Below are positions 38,333 through 51,000 of a stretch of 64,000 nucleotides of DNA, piece by piece; position 1 is the stretch's first letter, and every line of letters starts with the position of its first letter. This stretch comes from Octopus sinensis (taxonomy: Eukaryota): positions 110,670,001 through 110,734,000 of the forward strand of contig NC_043002.1 of the NCBI RefSeq assembly GCF_006345805.1, read 5' to 3'. The position numbers were made by a program, and so were the translations under genes. Under the pieces are notes generated by a model, which had not been told where the DNA came from, searched no databases, and saw only the letters and a program-made list of their open reading frames with translations.

Positions 38333-39164
38333 ACACAAAGCACAAATTTGGGATGGAAGTATCATTTGATTATATTCACCCCAGTACTTGAACTGATGCT
38401 TTTAGTCAATAGAGAGGGACATATTATTAGCACTATTGAAATTGTTTCTCATATAACTTAAGCCATAGTATAATTCCTCTTTCTGTAGTGAAGGGCACTA
38501 AGAAATATTTGGTACTTAACACCCACACTAGCATAGCTATGTTAGCAATAGCATACTGAAACTTTTATTCAGCAGTGGATGAAAAACAGCTGAAAGGAAT
38601 ATCCCCACAGCTAGACACATTGAAGCATATAGAAATGTCCTGTTTGGTAATGCAACAAAATTTTTTCAATGGATATGAATTCATGAACAAGTTCCTGCTT
38701 GCATTTATCTGTATGAGGAATTGAACTCTCTACTCCTGACTAACAAAGTACTCATGACTTTCAGAATACTGACACAGCTTACAGCAACAGTGAATAGTTG
38801 TTCCTCCTCAGCAGTGTCTTAGATGGATTGAACTATCTGATTATTGTCATGGATGTTAAATCAATGTAGTGCCTATAAAACTGTGTAAACAGACTAGACT
38901 CACTACCCACTATATTCCTTAATTAATTTCAATTAATGAACATTCTTAGATTTTCTGTGCCTCATTTCACGGTCATCTCATTTCTAATGTTCTCATGACT
39001 AATGGTGTATTTTTTATCAACTTGAATTCTGGATATTTTTCCTTATTTTTCTTCATATAGTTGTCTTGTACCCTCACTACCAGCATAAAATAAAGTACCA
39101 ATCAAAATACTTAGTTTCTTCTCAAAGCTGTTGGTTTCAGATCTCAACTAGAATCAACTTTTAG

Positions 39165-40181
39165 TATGCCAGGCAAAATGTTCTGCAGCATTTTGTCTGC
39201 CTTCATGTTCTGAGTTCAAATGCTGCCATGCTCAAATTTGCATCTTATCCTTTTGGGGTCAACAAATCAAGTACCAGTGAAACACTGGGGTCAATGTAAT
39301 TGACTAGCTGCTTACCTCAAAATTTCAGGCGTTGCACCTATATTAGAAAGGATTAGTGTTTCTACGGCTGGATGCCCTTCCGGAGTGGTTGGCGTTAGGA
39401 AGGGCATCCAGCCGTAGAAACACTGCCAGATCAGACTGGGCCTGATGCAGCCTTCTGGCTTCACAGACCCCAGTTGAACCGTCCAACCCATGCTAGCATG
39501 GAAAGCGGATGCTAAATGATGATGATGATGATTAAGGTGTCAAGCTGACAGAATCATTAGCATGCTGGTCAAAAATGCTTAGCAGCATTTCATCTGTCTT
39601 AACATTCGCAAATTCCTCCAAGGTTGACTTCGCCTTTCATTCTTTCAGCGCCAATAAAATAAGTATTAGTTGAGCACTGCTAATTCTAGGCCTTGTGCCT
39701 TTTGGAGAAAGAATTATCATTATTATTATTATTAAAGTGTCAAACTGGCTGAATTGTTACCATACTGGAAAACTTACTTAGTGGCACTTGTTCCAACTTT
39801 GTGTTCCGAGTTCAAATACCACTGAGGTTGACTTTGTCTTTCATCCTTTCAGGGGTGATAAAATATGTACCAGTCAAGCACTGGGATCATTGTAATTGAC
39901 TATCTCGTGCCTCCAAAATTTCAGGCCTTGTGCCAATAATAGAAAGGATTATTAGTATTAACATTACTATTATTTTTAAGGTGGTGAACTGGCAGAATTG
40001 TTAGCATGCCAGAAAAAATGCTTAGCAGCACTTCAGCCATATGTATGCTCTGAGTTCAAATACTGCCAAAATCAACTTTGCTGTACATCTTTTCAGAGTT
40101 GATGAAGTAAGTACCAGTTGAGCACTGGGGCCTGTTTAATTGACTAGCCCTCTCCCCCAAAATTTCAGGCCTTGTGGAAGG

Positions 40182-40224
<43 letters not shown>

Positions 40225-40225
40225 T
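39165..40225 (+). mobile_element. Cluster of four head-to-tail old SINE-B' copies, plus one RTE tail insertion
   Basis: Repeated gagttcaaat...ctttcatcctt...aagtaccag...caaaatttcaggccttgtg followed by (TTA)n or (AGT)n tails. Confidence 0.72.
39355..39532 (+). mobile_element. RTE 3' UTR fragment with 5' fold-back duplication
   Basis: 27-bp inverted copy (39355-39381) of 39398-39424; tail ggatgctaaa(tga)n. Confidence 0.78.
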
Positions 40226-43009
40226 GAAATATGTTAGTTATTACTGGGTCTCTCCTCTAACTACTCTGAGAACTTGTGGGGTAAGAGCATAAGTTTATTT
40301 GAATTCTTTATTTAGGAAGTCCACATTGTGGATGAGACATGTCAACTGTTTCAATCACTGGGTTCTGCCTTTAAGTTATGACTTCTTTTCTTATTATTAT
40401 TCAGCTGTTTGAACTATTTGTAGTAAAAAAGGAGAATTCAGGAATTGTTAAACTATAAAATGCATTAACAGAAACTAAATATATGAATTTCTCAACCCAT
40501 CCCAAATAGATGTGAAAAGGTAGCAGGCTGGAACAAAGCATTTTATTAAATTAAATTATCCTTTTCCTTTTTAGTTTTACAGCATTTTCCACTTATAGGA
40601 TGCAAACAGAAAAAGAAAGTCTTTGTTTAGACATTTAATATCATGTTTTATTTGAGGAAAAGGGAATGTCTACATATGTTTTTCTTTTTTTTTATCCCCT
40701 TTTTACACTTTCTTTTATTTTCATTGTTTGCTTTGATTTCCAAAATATAATCTAAAGTTGTTTGTAAACCTCCAATCACTGGAATTTGTGTGGTTTTGAT
40801 TATCTTAAAAAAAAATCTATGTTCAGTTCTCATAATGCATTATGTGTAATGTTTTTTGGGGTTTTTTTTTTTTTCGTTTTTTTGTTTTTTTCCCAGTGAG
40901 TAAGGAGGGTGGTAAATATTTGTGTTTATTTGTAAATGTGTCCTTTTAGTTAGTTTCCAGTTTTCTTTCCAGAGATATGCACTTTGATATAAAACTGCTT
41001 AGATGATTGAAGCTCTGTAAACAGTGTTTGCTGTTTCCTTAACACTATTGGCATCAAAACCAGAACAACTTGTAATCCCACTCTGAAATTAAATGCACAA
41101 ATATTTATCTTATACTAGTGTGTACTGAAATGGAAATAAAACCGTAGTTATGTCTAGAACTAACAATTTTGCTTTCATGGAAAATAGTATTTTGAACAGA
41201 TATGTAAATTTAAAGTGAAAATACTAGAACAATGAGTGCTCTTTGTTTATCTGAGTAGATAGTCATATCTATTTCTTTGCTTTTGTGGATTCCCATGATT
41301 CTCTGCCACCATCCAATTCCATTATTGTGGATTTGAATTGGGAGATTGAGTCATAGTGAACCTTTCAGTAGCTGATTACACAACCAAAGACACCACACCT
41401 ATGGATGCATTGCAGTTACTCTCTTGATAGAGCTTTGTGATCCTGACTGTTGATCTAAGATTCATTTGCTCAGCATCAATTGAAGAAGCACCATTGGCTC
41501 AGTTGAGCTCCTCTGCTACCTCTTCACAAACCACCACACTGCAGTCCCATGACTTTCATATCAATGGCAGGGTGGCTGAATGAGTACTATGCTTTGCCAA
41601 AGGGTAGGTAGCCTGTAACTATGCAGGGCATGGTCATCACTCTGTGAGGTATTCTAAAAATACCCACATACCTGTGATGGTCATATAGTGAGGTATCAGA
41701 TGAGTTTAGTGTAGTTTGTGTCAAGTTGGCATATATATATATATGAAGGGCCTCTTTCAGCTCTCATCTACAAATCCACTTACAAAGTTTTAGTCAGCCC
41801 AGGGCTATAGTAGAATACAGTTGCCTTGGGATGAACCCTGAACTATGTGGTTGGGACACAAACTTTCTACCACATAGCCATGCATGCACTTATATATATA
41901 AAGAGAAAGGCAGACAGACAGGCAGAGGGTTTATGAATATATATGAATGCAAGTCCATCTCAGTTTCTGAACATACTTGTACCTTCGTTTCTACCAATTT
42001 TACTATTTGTTTTTGTGTAATCACTATTTTAAATATGGTTGTGTAACTTCAGACACTATAAAAAAAAATAATAATTGGACACAGAGAGGAGAACTAGAAA
42101 AAGAGATAAAATTCCAAGATATTTAAGATATTTAATCAAGATATTTAATGCAAAACTGAGCATGCTCTGAAATTCCTATCAACCTACCTGTCTATGTAAC
42201 CATTCTACTTATGGATTTACCTACCTGTTGGTCTATCTATCTATCTGCACACCTATTTACCTGTTCACTTGTCTGCATATATACCTAACTCCCAGACAGC
42301 CCCCAACAAACAGGATAGTTAATACCAACAAGTTTGTCTGTCTATTTATCTCTTTTCTGATATCCTCATTAACATATTAAAAATAACAGAAAAATGACTG
42401 AGATGATAGTTGACTTTACATATATATATTACATGAGAAAAATGTGAGCATGAAATGTTTATATTCTTAAGATTATAAACCTGGAAAAGTATAGGACAAA
42501 CAATTACTTCAAGTAAAGTAAAGATTAAGTAACTTTTTTACTTAAAATATTGCAGCAAAGAATGCCAGTTCTTCTAATTTATCACTCTTTACAGTTCTCA
42601 TCTTTTAAATCTATTGTACAAAACTGTTCAGCTAATTTGTAAGTTTGTCTAATTAGTCACTTTTTTCTGTATTTAAGGTAGAAAATTAGCCAAATTCTAC
42701 TTTTAAATAAGTATAGCATTATTTGTAAACTATAATAAAATATTTTTTAATATTCAAATTTTAATTTTAGTGGCAATATTTTAAGTAAAATGTTCCTTAT
42801 TCTTTACTTGAATAGTTTGTCCTATACTTTTACAGGTGTAATAACTTGTCCTGTATAGTTTATAGTCTTAAGAATATTACTTTACATGCTTGCGTTTTTT
42901 CTTGTAATCCATGATTTTTCCAGGCATTGCTGTTATAAGATAATTAATAATGTGTCGATTAATAATTTAGGATTTTACCATATAAAATATTGGGCAGGGG
43001 GATACATTG

Positions 43010-44122
43010 GCTGCTATTTTTTGCATGTCGAGCGACCAGGTAGAGGCTCTTTCATTGGTTTGATTGCGTGATGAGATTTTTTAACATATGTATAATTTTC
43101 TACCTGCATAAAACAGGAAAAAAAACTTGAACACTTTGGCTTTGGTAAGGATTCAATGGCACTAGATCCGGTCGGATTCACTCCAAAATTTACAGGGACA
43201 TGTAAAAAGAGGTGAGGATGTGACTGGGCTAGGTTAGAAATCCCTATCTCAAAAGCTGTGGTTACTAGGGAAAAAAAATAACCCACACTTTAACAAGTGT
43301 TTGTCGTTTCTCTCTTTCTCTTATCTGCCTGTCTTCCTCCATCTCTCTCTTTCCTCCCTTCCCTTCACTTTCTCTCTATAACGACGTTTGAAGCTTCCAC
43401 TATCTTTCCCCCGCCGCCTTCGCCAGCACTGTCACTCTTTCTCCCACATTCTCTCTCTCTCTCTGTACGTCTGTCTGCACTTTCTCTCTATAACAATGTT
43501 TCACAGCTTCGCCATCTCTCTGTCACTCCTTCTCCCACCACCTTTCTCACTCTACTTCTGCCTCTATCTATAGAGAGAAAGCGTGACAGTTGCAACAGTT
43601 TAAATATTCCCGTCTTTTAGAACGGTGACATATTATCGCCTACCACCATCGCACAATCGTAACAGATATTATTAATCAGATATAGTGAGTTAATTTATAT
43701 ATATATATGTATGTGTGTATATAAATATATATATAATGTGTATACATACATATATATATATATATAAAGTGTATATATTTGTATATATGTGTGTAGATAT
43801 ATATATATATATATGTATGTGTAGACATGTATATATAATGCGTATATATATACATATTGAATGCGTATGTTTATATATATAATGTGTGCATATGTGATCG
43901 GATTCAGCTGAAAATATGCACACCTATGTTAAAAGTGCTTGCGAGTTTGCATGGCAACATTGAGTTTGCTCAATTGAAAAGCATTGCCTCTAGAGCAAAA
44001 TTCCTCATCTTTTAAAATGTGGCCCGCGTACACCCGAATGAAATCGGTTTATAATGCCAAAACAAGTAAAATGATAATAAACTATTTTAATCCCGAGCAA
44101 GGCCCGGTATATCTGTCTAATT
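43010..44122 (+). mobile_element. Probable larger Helitron-like element with CT-rich and (TA) tracts
   Basis: CpG-rich block ending cccgagcaaggcccggtatatctgtctaa, similar to the 3' hairpin/CTAG end of the 400-bp family. The 5' boundary is uncertain. Confidence 0.4.
43693..43895. repeat. Degenerate (TA/TG)n tract
   Basis: Directly visible. Confidence 0.9.
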
Positions 44123-46390
44123 TATAAAATGAAGAAGGCAAATGTTGATACAAATTGGATTTTTATGTAAAAAGGGGTCTAAATGGGGCTGGAAAGAGAT
44201 TAAAATTTACAGGAGGGCGTAACTTGAGGTGTAAGTCAGATGTAAGTGGAGGAGCTGGTTTAGTCACTAACCACTCATCCATGGAACAGGTGGTACTGGT
44301 TTACATGCTACTGGTGGCAGGTCACATCATCTTGTGATTTGATCCCTGACTTGATTGTGTACATATCTATTGTGTACATATCTATAGAGTACATATCTAT
44401 TACGAGAAGAGTGGTGACTATGTGTTTTGAAGTTTGGTCTTGCTATCCTTTGATGACAGTCTGGCAAAGGCTAGCACCTCCAAACTTTGCAGTTACTGTC
44501 ACTCCTCTTCTTGTGAAAATGCAATAAATATATCTCCATAATATGTAGGTAGATAAATTCACAAAAGGCTTCCATTCGACTTCTATACCGATTTCACTCA
44601 CAAGAAAATTAGTCAGCTTGACCTGAGGCCATACTATAAGATACTTGCTTATAGTAGGATGGAACCTGAAACCACATGGCTGCAAAATGAACTTTGTAAC
44701 TACACAGTTCTATGCGTATGTGTCTGTGTGTTGATATGAGAGAGAAACAGAGCGGGTGGGGGGGGGGGATGAGTTTCTCAGTTATTGCATCACCACTGCT
44801 GTTGAATTCAATAATTTGTCAGGATCAGAGAAAGCGAAATGTTACTGGTGTTTTGGGACCCATGTTTTATGTTTCCTCTCTTTCTTTCTATCTCCATTGA
44901 ATGGAGAAAGTTCTATTGAAGCCGTTTGTAACCAATTTTAAGGCATCTGAATATTTTACCAGGATATGAGTGCATGGTTGCATAACAAACACTTGTTCAA
45001 TGCAGATCATTTAAGTGTCATGAATAGTAGAAATTTCTGTTTCCTTTTTGTTTATCCTTCCTCCCCTCAATCCCTTGAGTCTCATGTTATTTAATGTTCC
45101 TCAGTTAAACAGCGTCTCTACCAAGCAAACAGCCTTTTATTTATTTCATATGTATTTATTTATTTGTGTATGTGGTGAGGTGTCGTGTCATGTTATGTGA
45201 TGCAGTGTGTGTGGAGATTTATACAATTTCACATTTGAAAGATGAAGTCTTAATATAACATTTGGCAACATTTAGTGCCATGATTATCGTCAATCACATA
45301 AAAAGTAAACTGTGACGACAAAAAAAAAAGTGCATTAACATATCTCCTGTTGCTTTTAAATGCAGATACTGAATTCTGTTGCTTTAAGATTCCATGAATA
45401 TAAGCACTATAAGAAAACTCCATAAATATTCACCAAAATCTGAATATTTACAAAGACAATTTTCTAAACTTTAAATCTTTGATCTCCTAATGCAGTTCTA
45501 TAAACTGTATTACCTTTTTATTTTTTTTAGATTTACTTTTCCTTTTACGCAGTTCTGTCATATTACAAGTAGCATAAGCTTCCCATTCAAGTCTTTTACG
45601 TTATTTCACACTGTCTTGCTCATTTGCAGTTGTAATAATTTCAGGAATGACACATTTCATATTCCCCACCACCACCACCACTGCCACTATCAGTAAACTG
45701 CTATTACTTTGATATAGCACTTAGAATCACATGGCATCTTGAAATAATTATTCTCTGCTGTGTTTTGCTTAAAGTTCTGCCCCAACCCATCGTTTTAAAA
45801 ACTGTTTTTTCATATGTTTATTTTCCACTTGTTATTTTCTCCTCTATCTTATAAGATTATAGCAACATTTATATGTTCTGAAAGAAAGAAAAAATTATGG
45901 AGGATTCCCTGAGAATCTAAGTACAAGTTTCTGTGTAGAGTAAAGTTATCTTGGAACTGAAATGGATAAAGCTGATGAAAAACCTATCTGAAGTTCCAAA
46001 ACAACGTCAATAATTAATGTTATTTTATGAATGATTGAAACTGCTTCCACAGTTTTCAATTGGTTGTTGGACCATTGATGAAACATTTGTCTTTATACAG
46101 TGCTGCAAGTCTGCCATGCCAAAATCTTTATTTTATAAATGGTTGAGTCTGGCCGTTTATTGTAGATATAAAGAGTAACAGAAAGGAAATGATTCAACTG
46201 GGAATAGAAGCTATGTTACAGATTAGCTCAGTAGAAGAATGACTGTTCATCTCTTTATGGTGTTTCCACAATATGTTATTGAGTTGCTATTATTATTCTA
46301 CATGTTCTATTGTTCTGGCATGAGGTTCCCAGCCAGTACCTGTCATTATTATTTAAATCAACTTGTTATTGTTATTTAAATTATAATTTA

Positions 46391-46770
46391 CTAGCAGTAT
46401 CGCCTGGCGTTGCTTGGGTTTGTAAGGGAAATAACTATATAAGCATTTTTAGAGAGTTATAGCAAAAAAATGCATTAAAAATGGAAAAAAAATTATGGTA
46501 ATTTTTTTTTAAATCGTTGACACATCGTAGACATTTTTAGAGAATTACTTCCCATATATAATAGCGAAAAAAATGCATTAAAATGGAAAAAAATGATGGT
46601 AAATTTTTTTTTAAATCGTAGACGTGCGCTAATACCCAGAAGGGCTCGATATGAATCACGGCTATAAGATACCCGGTTTTGGTTAAACTGCACCGCAAAA
46701 TGTGGGAGTAGTTAGGAATCTAAATCGTAGGAGACAGATACTCACACAACTTCACTTTTATATATAAAGA
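46391..46770 (-). mobile_element. Non-autonomous Helitron-type element, same family
   Basis: Same TC and CTAG termini, A|T insertion site; 380 bp. Confidence 0.8.
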
Positions 46771-47186
46771 TATACTAGAAATACCCGTGGAAATGCCAGA
46801 GTAAAATGAGATTTTCTAGATGGTTGTAAGTTTATGGAGCCATAAAACTTACTGTTCCTTTATAAATTCTATATTCTGCATTATTTTCATTTAAAAACAC
46901 TTTTCAGGTCTCTGTAAGAATGTAATTGAAGGAGCATGACTTTCCCTTCCTCTTAGCAGTTCAGAGGTTCATTTATAATTGTAAGGGCTTTACAATGATT
47001 ACAGAGAATACTCACTCTATACTCTTTGATTCATATTTTCCCTTCTACATGCTGATGCTCCCATCCTTGTTCTGGTGATTCTACCCCCTGGGCCCCCCCC
47101 CCTCCTGCTAAACATCTTATTTCTAACTCTTTTTCTCTATATCACTCCTTTCAACTAACTTTTGTTCCCTTGCCTCATATCATTAA

Positions 47187-47408
47187 CCCTTTCATTACCG
47201 GATTCATTTTGAGATGCTCTGTGTTTCTTTCAATTAATTGTAAATATAGCAAAGAATTTAGTAAAATAACTTACTCATCATTCAGCTACTGTTAGGATCA
47301 TGAATTGTGACTAAGGTTTGGTGATATATTTTAATGAAAGACTTATGAAAACAAGACATTTATACTACAGAGCCAGAGTCGGTTTTGGCCGGGTTAGTAT
47401 CAAAAGGG
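47187..47408. mobile_element. piggyBac-type MITE family F (222 bp)
   Basis: TTAA|CCCTTT...AAAGGG|TTAA (47183-47186, 47409-47412). Confidence 0.8.
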
Positions 47409-47606
47409 TTAACACTCCTCTCTCCTTCTTCACCTTTCCCTTCAACTAATCACTTGACAACATAATGCATTTTGGTATTAGCATATTAATTCTTTTATTC
47501 TTTTGTTTTTTACGTGTTTTGGTCACTTGACTGTAGCCATGCTGGAGCACCACCTTAATAAATAGATTTTGACTTTTGTTACAGAATATTTCATTTTATA
47601 TTAAAT

Positions 47607-48046
47607 ACGCAGGAGTGGCTGTGTGGTAAGTAGCTTGTTTACCAACCACATGGTCCCGGGTTCAGTCCCACTGCGTGGCACCTTGGGCAAGTGTCTTCTA
47701 CTATAGCCTCGGGCCGACCAAAGCCTTCTGAGTGGATTTGGTAGACGGAAACTGAAAGAAGCCCGTCGTATATATGTATATATATTTATATATATATATA
47801 TGTATGTATGTGTGTGTGTGTGTTTGTGTGTCTGTTTCTGTCCCCCTAGCATTGCTTGACAACCGATGCTGGTGTGTTTACGTCCCCGTTACTTAGCGGT
47901 TCGGCAAAACAGACCGATAGAATAAGTACTGGGCTTACAAAAAGAATAAGTCCCGGGGTCGAGTTGCTCGATTAAAGGCGGTGCTCCAGCATGGCCGCAG
48001 TCAAATGACTGAAACAAGTAAAAGAGTAAAAGAGAGAAAGAGAGTA
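47607..48046 (+). mobile_element. SINE family A
   Basis: Full-length + strand copy. Confidence 0.9.
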
Positions 48047-51000
48047 CTGTTGATTTTTGCCTGTAGTTTATGAGAGTGTAATAGTGTGTTAGGATGGAAA
48101 TTCCTTATTGCTTTTTCTCAGCTTGAATCCCAAGATACAGATAAGTATGTGTGTGGTGTTAATGTTCATGTCTTTCTTAAATTGCAAGCAAGTAACATGG
48201 CAGCAATTTGGTAATCAAGTTGGGAACATGGCTCATTAGGACCTTATTTTCTGCCTCTTCTGTGAGATCTTTTTGAATGTCACGTAAGAAAAAGAAACTC
48301 CTTAAATGCATTTATTACTATAGCTCAAAGAATATTTTTAAGTAGCGAATGCACATGGCAGAGGTATGTGTGTTAAGTTCGTAATCTAATGATTGTGAGT
48401 TTAGTTTTTGGACAAAGTGATACACTGTGTCCTTGAGCAAGGCACTTCATTTCATATTATTTTGGTCCACTCAGCTTAAAATGAGCACTGAGGTTAACTT
48501 TGTAGCTGACTGGCCTCTCGTTCTATAGGAAGTCTTGTACTCTCATTGACTTGAATGCTATTGTATTGGGCCCATGAGTTTAAGACAGACTTATTTTAAA
48601 ATGTATTCAAATGGAGTAGGCATTGTTAGAAATTAATAACACTAAACTTAATGCATTATTAATTAAACAAAATATATAGATAGTTTTGGTGTATATTCTT
48701 TCACTGACATTGATGGTTATCATGGAAGAGTAGGATATTTGCCTCATACAAGGCCCATGCTTTGTACTTGTTTACATACTTAAATTCTATATGTACTCTT
48801 GTATTTCACGTTCTCTTTAGTTCAAGCCTCTTATTGTTTTCTCTTTCACAGTTGAATGTACCTCTGCGATCCTATGTTCATTAGAGTGTTTTGCTCAGTA
48901 GAATATTGATGGTCACTAACAAAGCTGGAATCAATTTAAATTACCTTTTCTTCCATCTGTTACATAAAAGCAACTTCAGTTCATACATTATTACATTGAG
49001 GAAAACCTAAACAATGGCAATTTCCTTGAAGTCAGCGGAATAAAGCCAAACAGACAGGAAGCTTTTTCTAGAGTTCCTTATAAGAAAGAATCCTGTTGTT
49101 CCCTCTCAATCTCTTGTGCCGTTTGACAAGCACTTTTCTCTTTACAATAACCATTGTTGGCATTTCATTTGGTACTGTCATTCTAAAAGCTTTAGAACCA
49201 GCTCTGCATTTAATTCCTTCATTTATATAAGTCATCTAAAAATAAACATTTTTCCTTTTATTTTATCATTCTATTATGGAGTAAATTGCTTTAGGTTCCT
49301 TGTCGTCTTCTTTCTCATCTTCACTACCACTATCATCCGCTTCTTTTCTCTTCCACCAGTCATCTTTTGATTCAATGCATATAAAAGTTGCTACATAGCA
49401 TATTTGAAAACATTGTCTTTCTCTTGTGTTCTATAAATATACAAATGAAGAATTCCTGCTCCATTTGTAAGAGAACTGTTTTTAATACAACAACCTGGCT
49501 GGTGTTGTAAAATTTCGCTCCAGAAATAGAATCTTGGCAAGGATGTATGTAACTCAATGCAGTCTTTAAACTGTTTCTGTTTTGCCTACTGCCATTACAA
49601 TTTAGTTGCTGAAACTTGAATCAAATTCGTCGTTTCTCTCTTATAATGTATCAGTTTAGAGTATTTGTGTTACCATAGTAATTCAGTATATATTAGGAGA
49701 TGTAAGCATTTAATAAAGCTTAAGCCATCATTATCATCAGTACAGCTCATACTGTGAAATGATAATTAACCAAGAATTCAAATTCTCTGCAGGGTGTGTG
49801 TGTGTGTGTGAGAGAGAGAGAAAGAGGGAGGATGACTCTGAGCATACAAATTTTATTCTATTTGTATTAGTCCATTTAACAATGAAAAATAAGGAAATAA
49901 GTACCAGATATTGGAAAAGTTACATGTGGTACACTGATAGCCTCACATCTTGAAAGTCAGTTCAGTTTCTAAAAGCTAATGATATTTCTCTCTCTCACAC
50001 ACACACTAGTCTGTTGTAAATCTTGTTAACCAATATATAAGTATCTAAAGACGTCTGGTACAGTGATAATATACTTGTTTGAAACAGGGCTGTTGACCCA
50101 TTCCCAATCAAAATATTTTCTCCTATTAATGACAGTTGTAAGATATATCTATTAACGGTGTCTAATTCACAGCAAGGTAGACCAAGTTGGTGACAATTAA
50201 ATTACTTGGCCTTACACTATACATTATTGGTAGTTCTTTTCTTTTGTTTTTTTAATCTATTGGTTTCATCTAGAGGAAAGTGAGATTCTGCAGGCCCTCC
50301 AGCACTTGAGAATTCAGCAGTTAATATTCTCTTGAACAGTTGCAAATCAAAAGCAGCTGATAAATATGTATAGGGATGCAATTCCTTCAGAGAAAGGATC
50401 TGACATAGGGGTTAGTACTGATCATGGGGTGATGATGAACACAATATGGGATAATTTCCTTTTTTAACATGGTAGGATTTGGTTTAAAGTAAATGTAGCT
50501 GTTAATTTCTAGTAAGTTGAGCAACTATTTAAAGGTTGATCAAGACCTCTGTGATTCTTTGGGCTGGTGCTTTTCTCTGGTTTACATGGTATTAATTATG
50601 TACAACAAATCTCCTGTGTAGGATGCCAATTTGTTGTAGGGAACTTGACTGTTAGCAGATTGAATTCCATTTCTGCAAGCCATTGGAGTACTAATGAATT
50701 TTGTATGTGACCCTGCAGTTGCTGGTGTTTAAACTTGTCCCTTACCCTGCTATATCTACTAGCAAGTAGGCGGACTAGGCCATGTGGTAATTTCCTTAGC
50801 CACAGACTCAATGCAGTAATGGGAATTGTGTGAGATAAGCAAAATATTATGTTCTGACCGTTCGTCTTGTGTGAAATCCTTGTGCACTTGTCATTTGTGT
50901 TCTCTCACTGATTGATGATAGTTACAAAAGAATGCTAAGATAAGCCTGCGATGTAGTTCACACCCACCTCAATCATCTAATCAGTTGATTGCCCTTTTCT

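Noticed and set aside
43945-43958. X-box-like gtttgcatggcaac
   Set aside because: It is an imperfect match lying inside a probable TE.
50601-50638. pre-miRNA-like hairpin (10-bp stem tacaacaaat/atttgttgta)
   Set aside because: It is too short and asymmetric for a Drosha/Dicer substrate.
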